From contig NZ_CP046578.1 in the NCBI RefSeq assembly GCF_013365455.1, forward strand, positions 330,001-362,000: DNA of 32,000 bases, read 5' to 3'. Origin of the DNA: Wolbachia endosymbiont of Dirofilaria (Dirofilaria) immitis. Its GTDB lineage: Bacteria; Pseudomonadota; Alphaproteobacteria; Rickettsiales; Anaplasmataceae. Position numbers and translations under genes: made by a program. The notes beneath the pieces were generated by a model. That model was not told where the DNA came from, did no database searches, and worked only from the letters and a program-made list of their open reading frames with translations. Shown here piece after piece: positions 31,530 through 32,000 of this stretch; positions within the stretch are counted from its first letter, which is position 1, and every line of letters starts with the position of its first letter.

Positions 31530-32000
31530 ATGAATAAAATAAGAAATTTTGCAATAATAGCGCATGTAGACCATGGGAAATCAACGCTTGCTGACCGTTT
31601 AATAGAGAAATGTAATGGCCTTGAGGTGAGAGAAATGACTGATCAAATGCTCGATTCAATGGAGATAGAACGTGAGCGTGGAATTACAATCAAAGCGCAG
31701 ACAGTGAAACTTAGCTATACTGCAAATGATGGTAATCAATATTGCTTAAATCTTATGGATACTCCTGGTCATGTTGATTTTTCATATGAAGTAAGTCGAA
31801 GCTTAGCTGCGTGTGAAGGTTCGCTCTTGGTAGTAGATAGTAGTCAGGGAGTTGAAGCTCAGACTCTTGCAAATGTATATAAGGCAATTGATAATAATCA
31901 TGAGATAATAGTTGTACTCAATAAAGTCGATCTTCCTGCTGCAGATCCAGAGAAGGTGAGACTTCAGGTTAAGGAATTGATTGGTATTGATGCAAGTAAG
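31530..32000 (+). CDS. lepA: Elongation factor 4 (LepA); N-terminal part only, continues past the right edge
   Basis: My translation from ATG 31530 reads [24 protein letters not shown] (G1)...DTPGHVDF (G3)...NKVDL (G4). It is stop-free to position 32000 (157 codons). Confidence 0.95.
   Translation, partial: MNKIRNFAIIAHVDHGKSTLADRLIEKCNGLEVREMTDQMLDSMEIERERGITIKAQTVKLSYTANDGNQYCLNLMDTPGHVDFSYEVSRSLAACEGSLLVVDSSQGVEAQTLANVYKAIDNNHEIIVVLNKVDLPAADPEKVRLQVKELIGIDASK

Overview
This is an AT-rich chromosomal segment. Its gene content and protein sequences look like an obligate-intracellular alphaproteobacterium of the Anaplasmataceae, Ehrlichia-like. That assignment is inferred from the protein families and from the many long ORF-free gaps; no database search was run.

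I can support 24 intact protein-coding genes, nearly all housekeeping:
- Replication, repair and translation: dnaA, ligA, uvrB, lepA (partial).
- Respiration and central metabolism: ubiD, sucA, petB-petC, a malic enzyme, an orphan malonyl-CoA decarboxylase, and a glutamine-synthetase-like gene (partial).
- Envelope: pgsA, bamD, an M23 peptidase, and a lipoprotein of the PLD/Nuc family.
- Other: surE, grxD-bolA, yebC.
- A five-gene folate cluster.

I found no rRNA, tRNA, CRISPR array, IS or phage genes, and no recognisable defence or toxin systems. I see no convincing new multi-gene protein system in this window.

The points most worth a second look are:
1. The folate cluster pairs a CADD/PqqC-like heme-oxygenase-fold protein and a CofE-like (COG1478) protein with folB-folKP-folA. 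This is the non-canonical, Chlamydia-type solution for pABA synthesis and folate glutamylation.
2. A DsbA-family pseudogene with several frameshifts but still readable (6257-6952).
3. Five ORF-free blocks totalling 6869 bp, about 21% of the window. The largest is 2.3 kb (27769-30072).
4. A locally GC-enriched, roughly 77-nt rod-like hairpin in the surE-sucA spacer that could be a small structured RNA.
5. Four 10-bp-phased direct repeats abutting a TTGACA hexamer upstream of the folate genes.

All functional calls come from reading motifs in the supplied translations. None was checked against a database.
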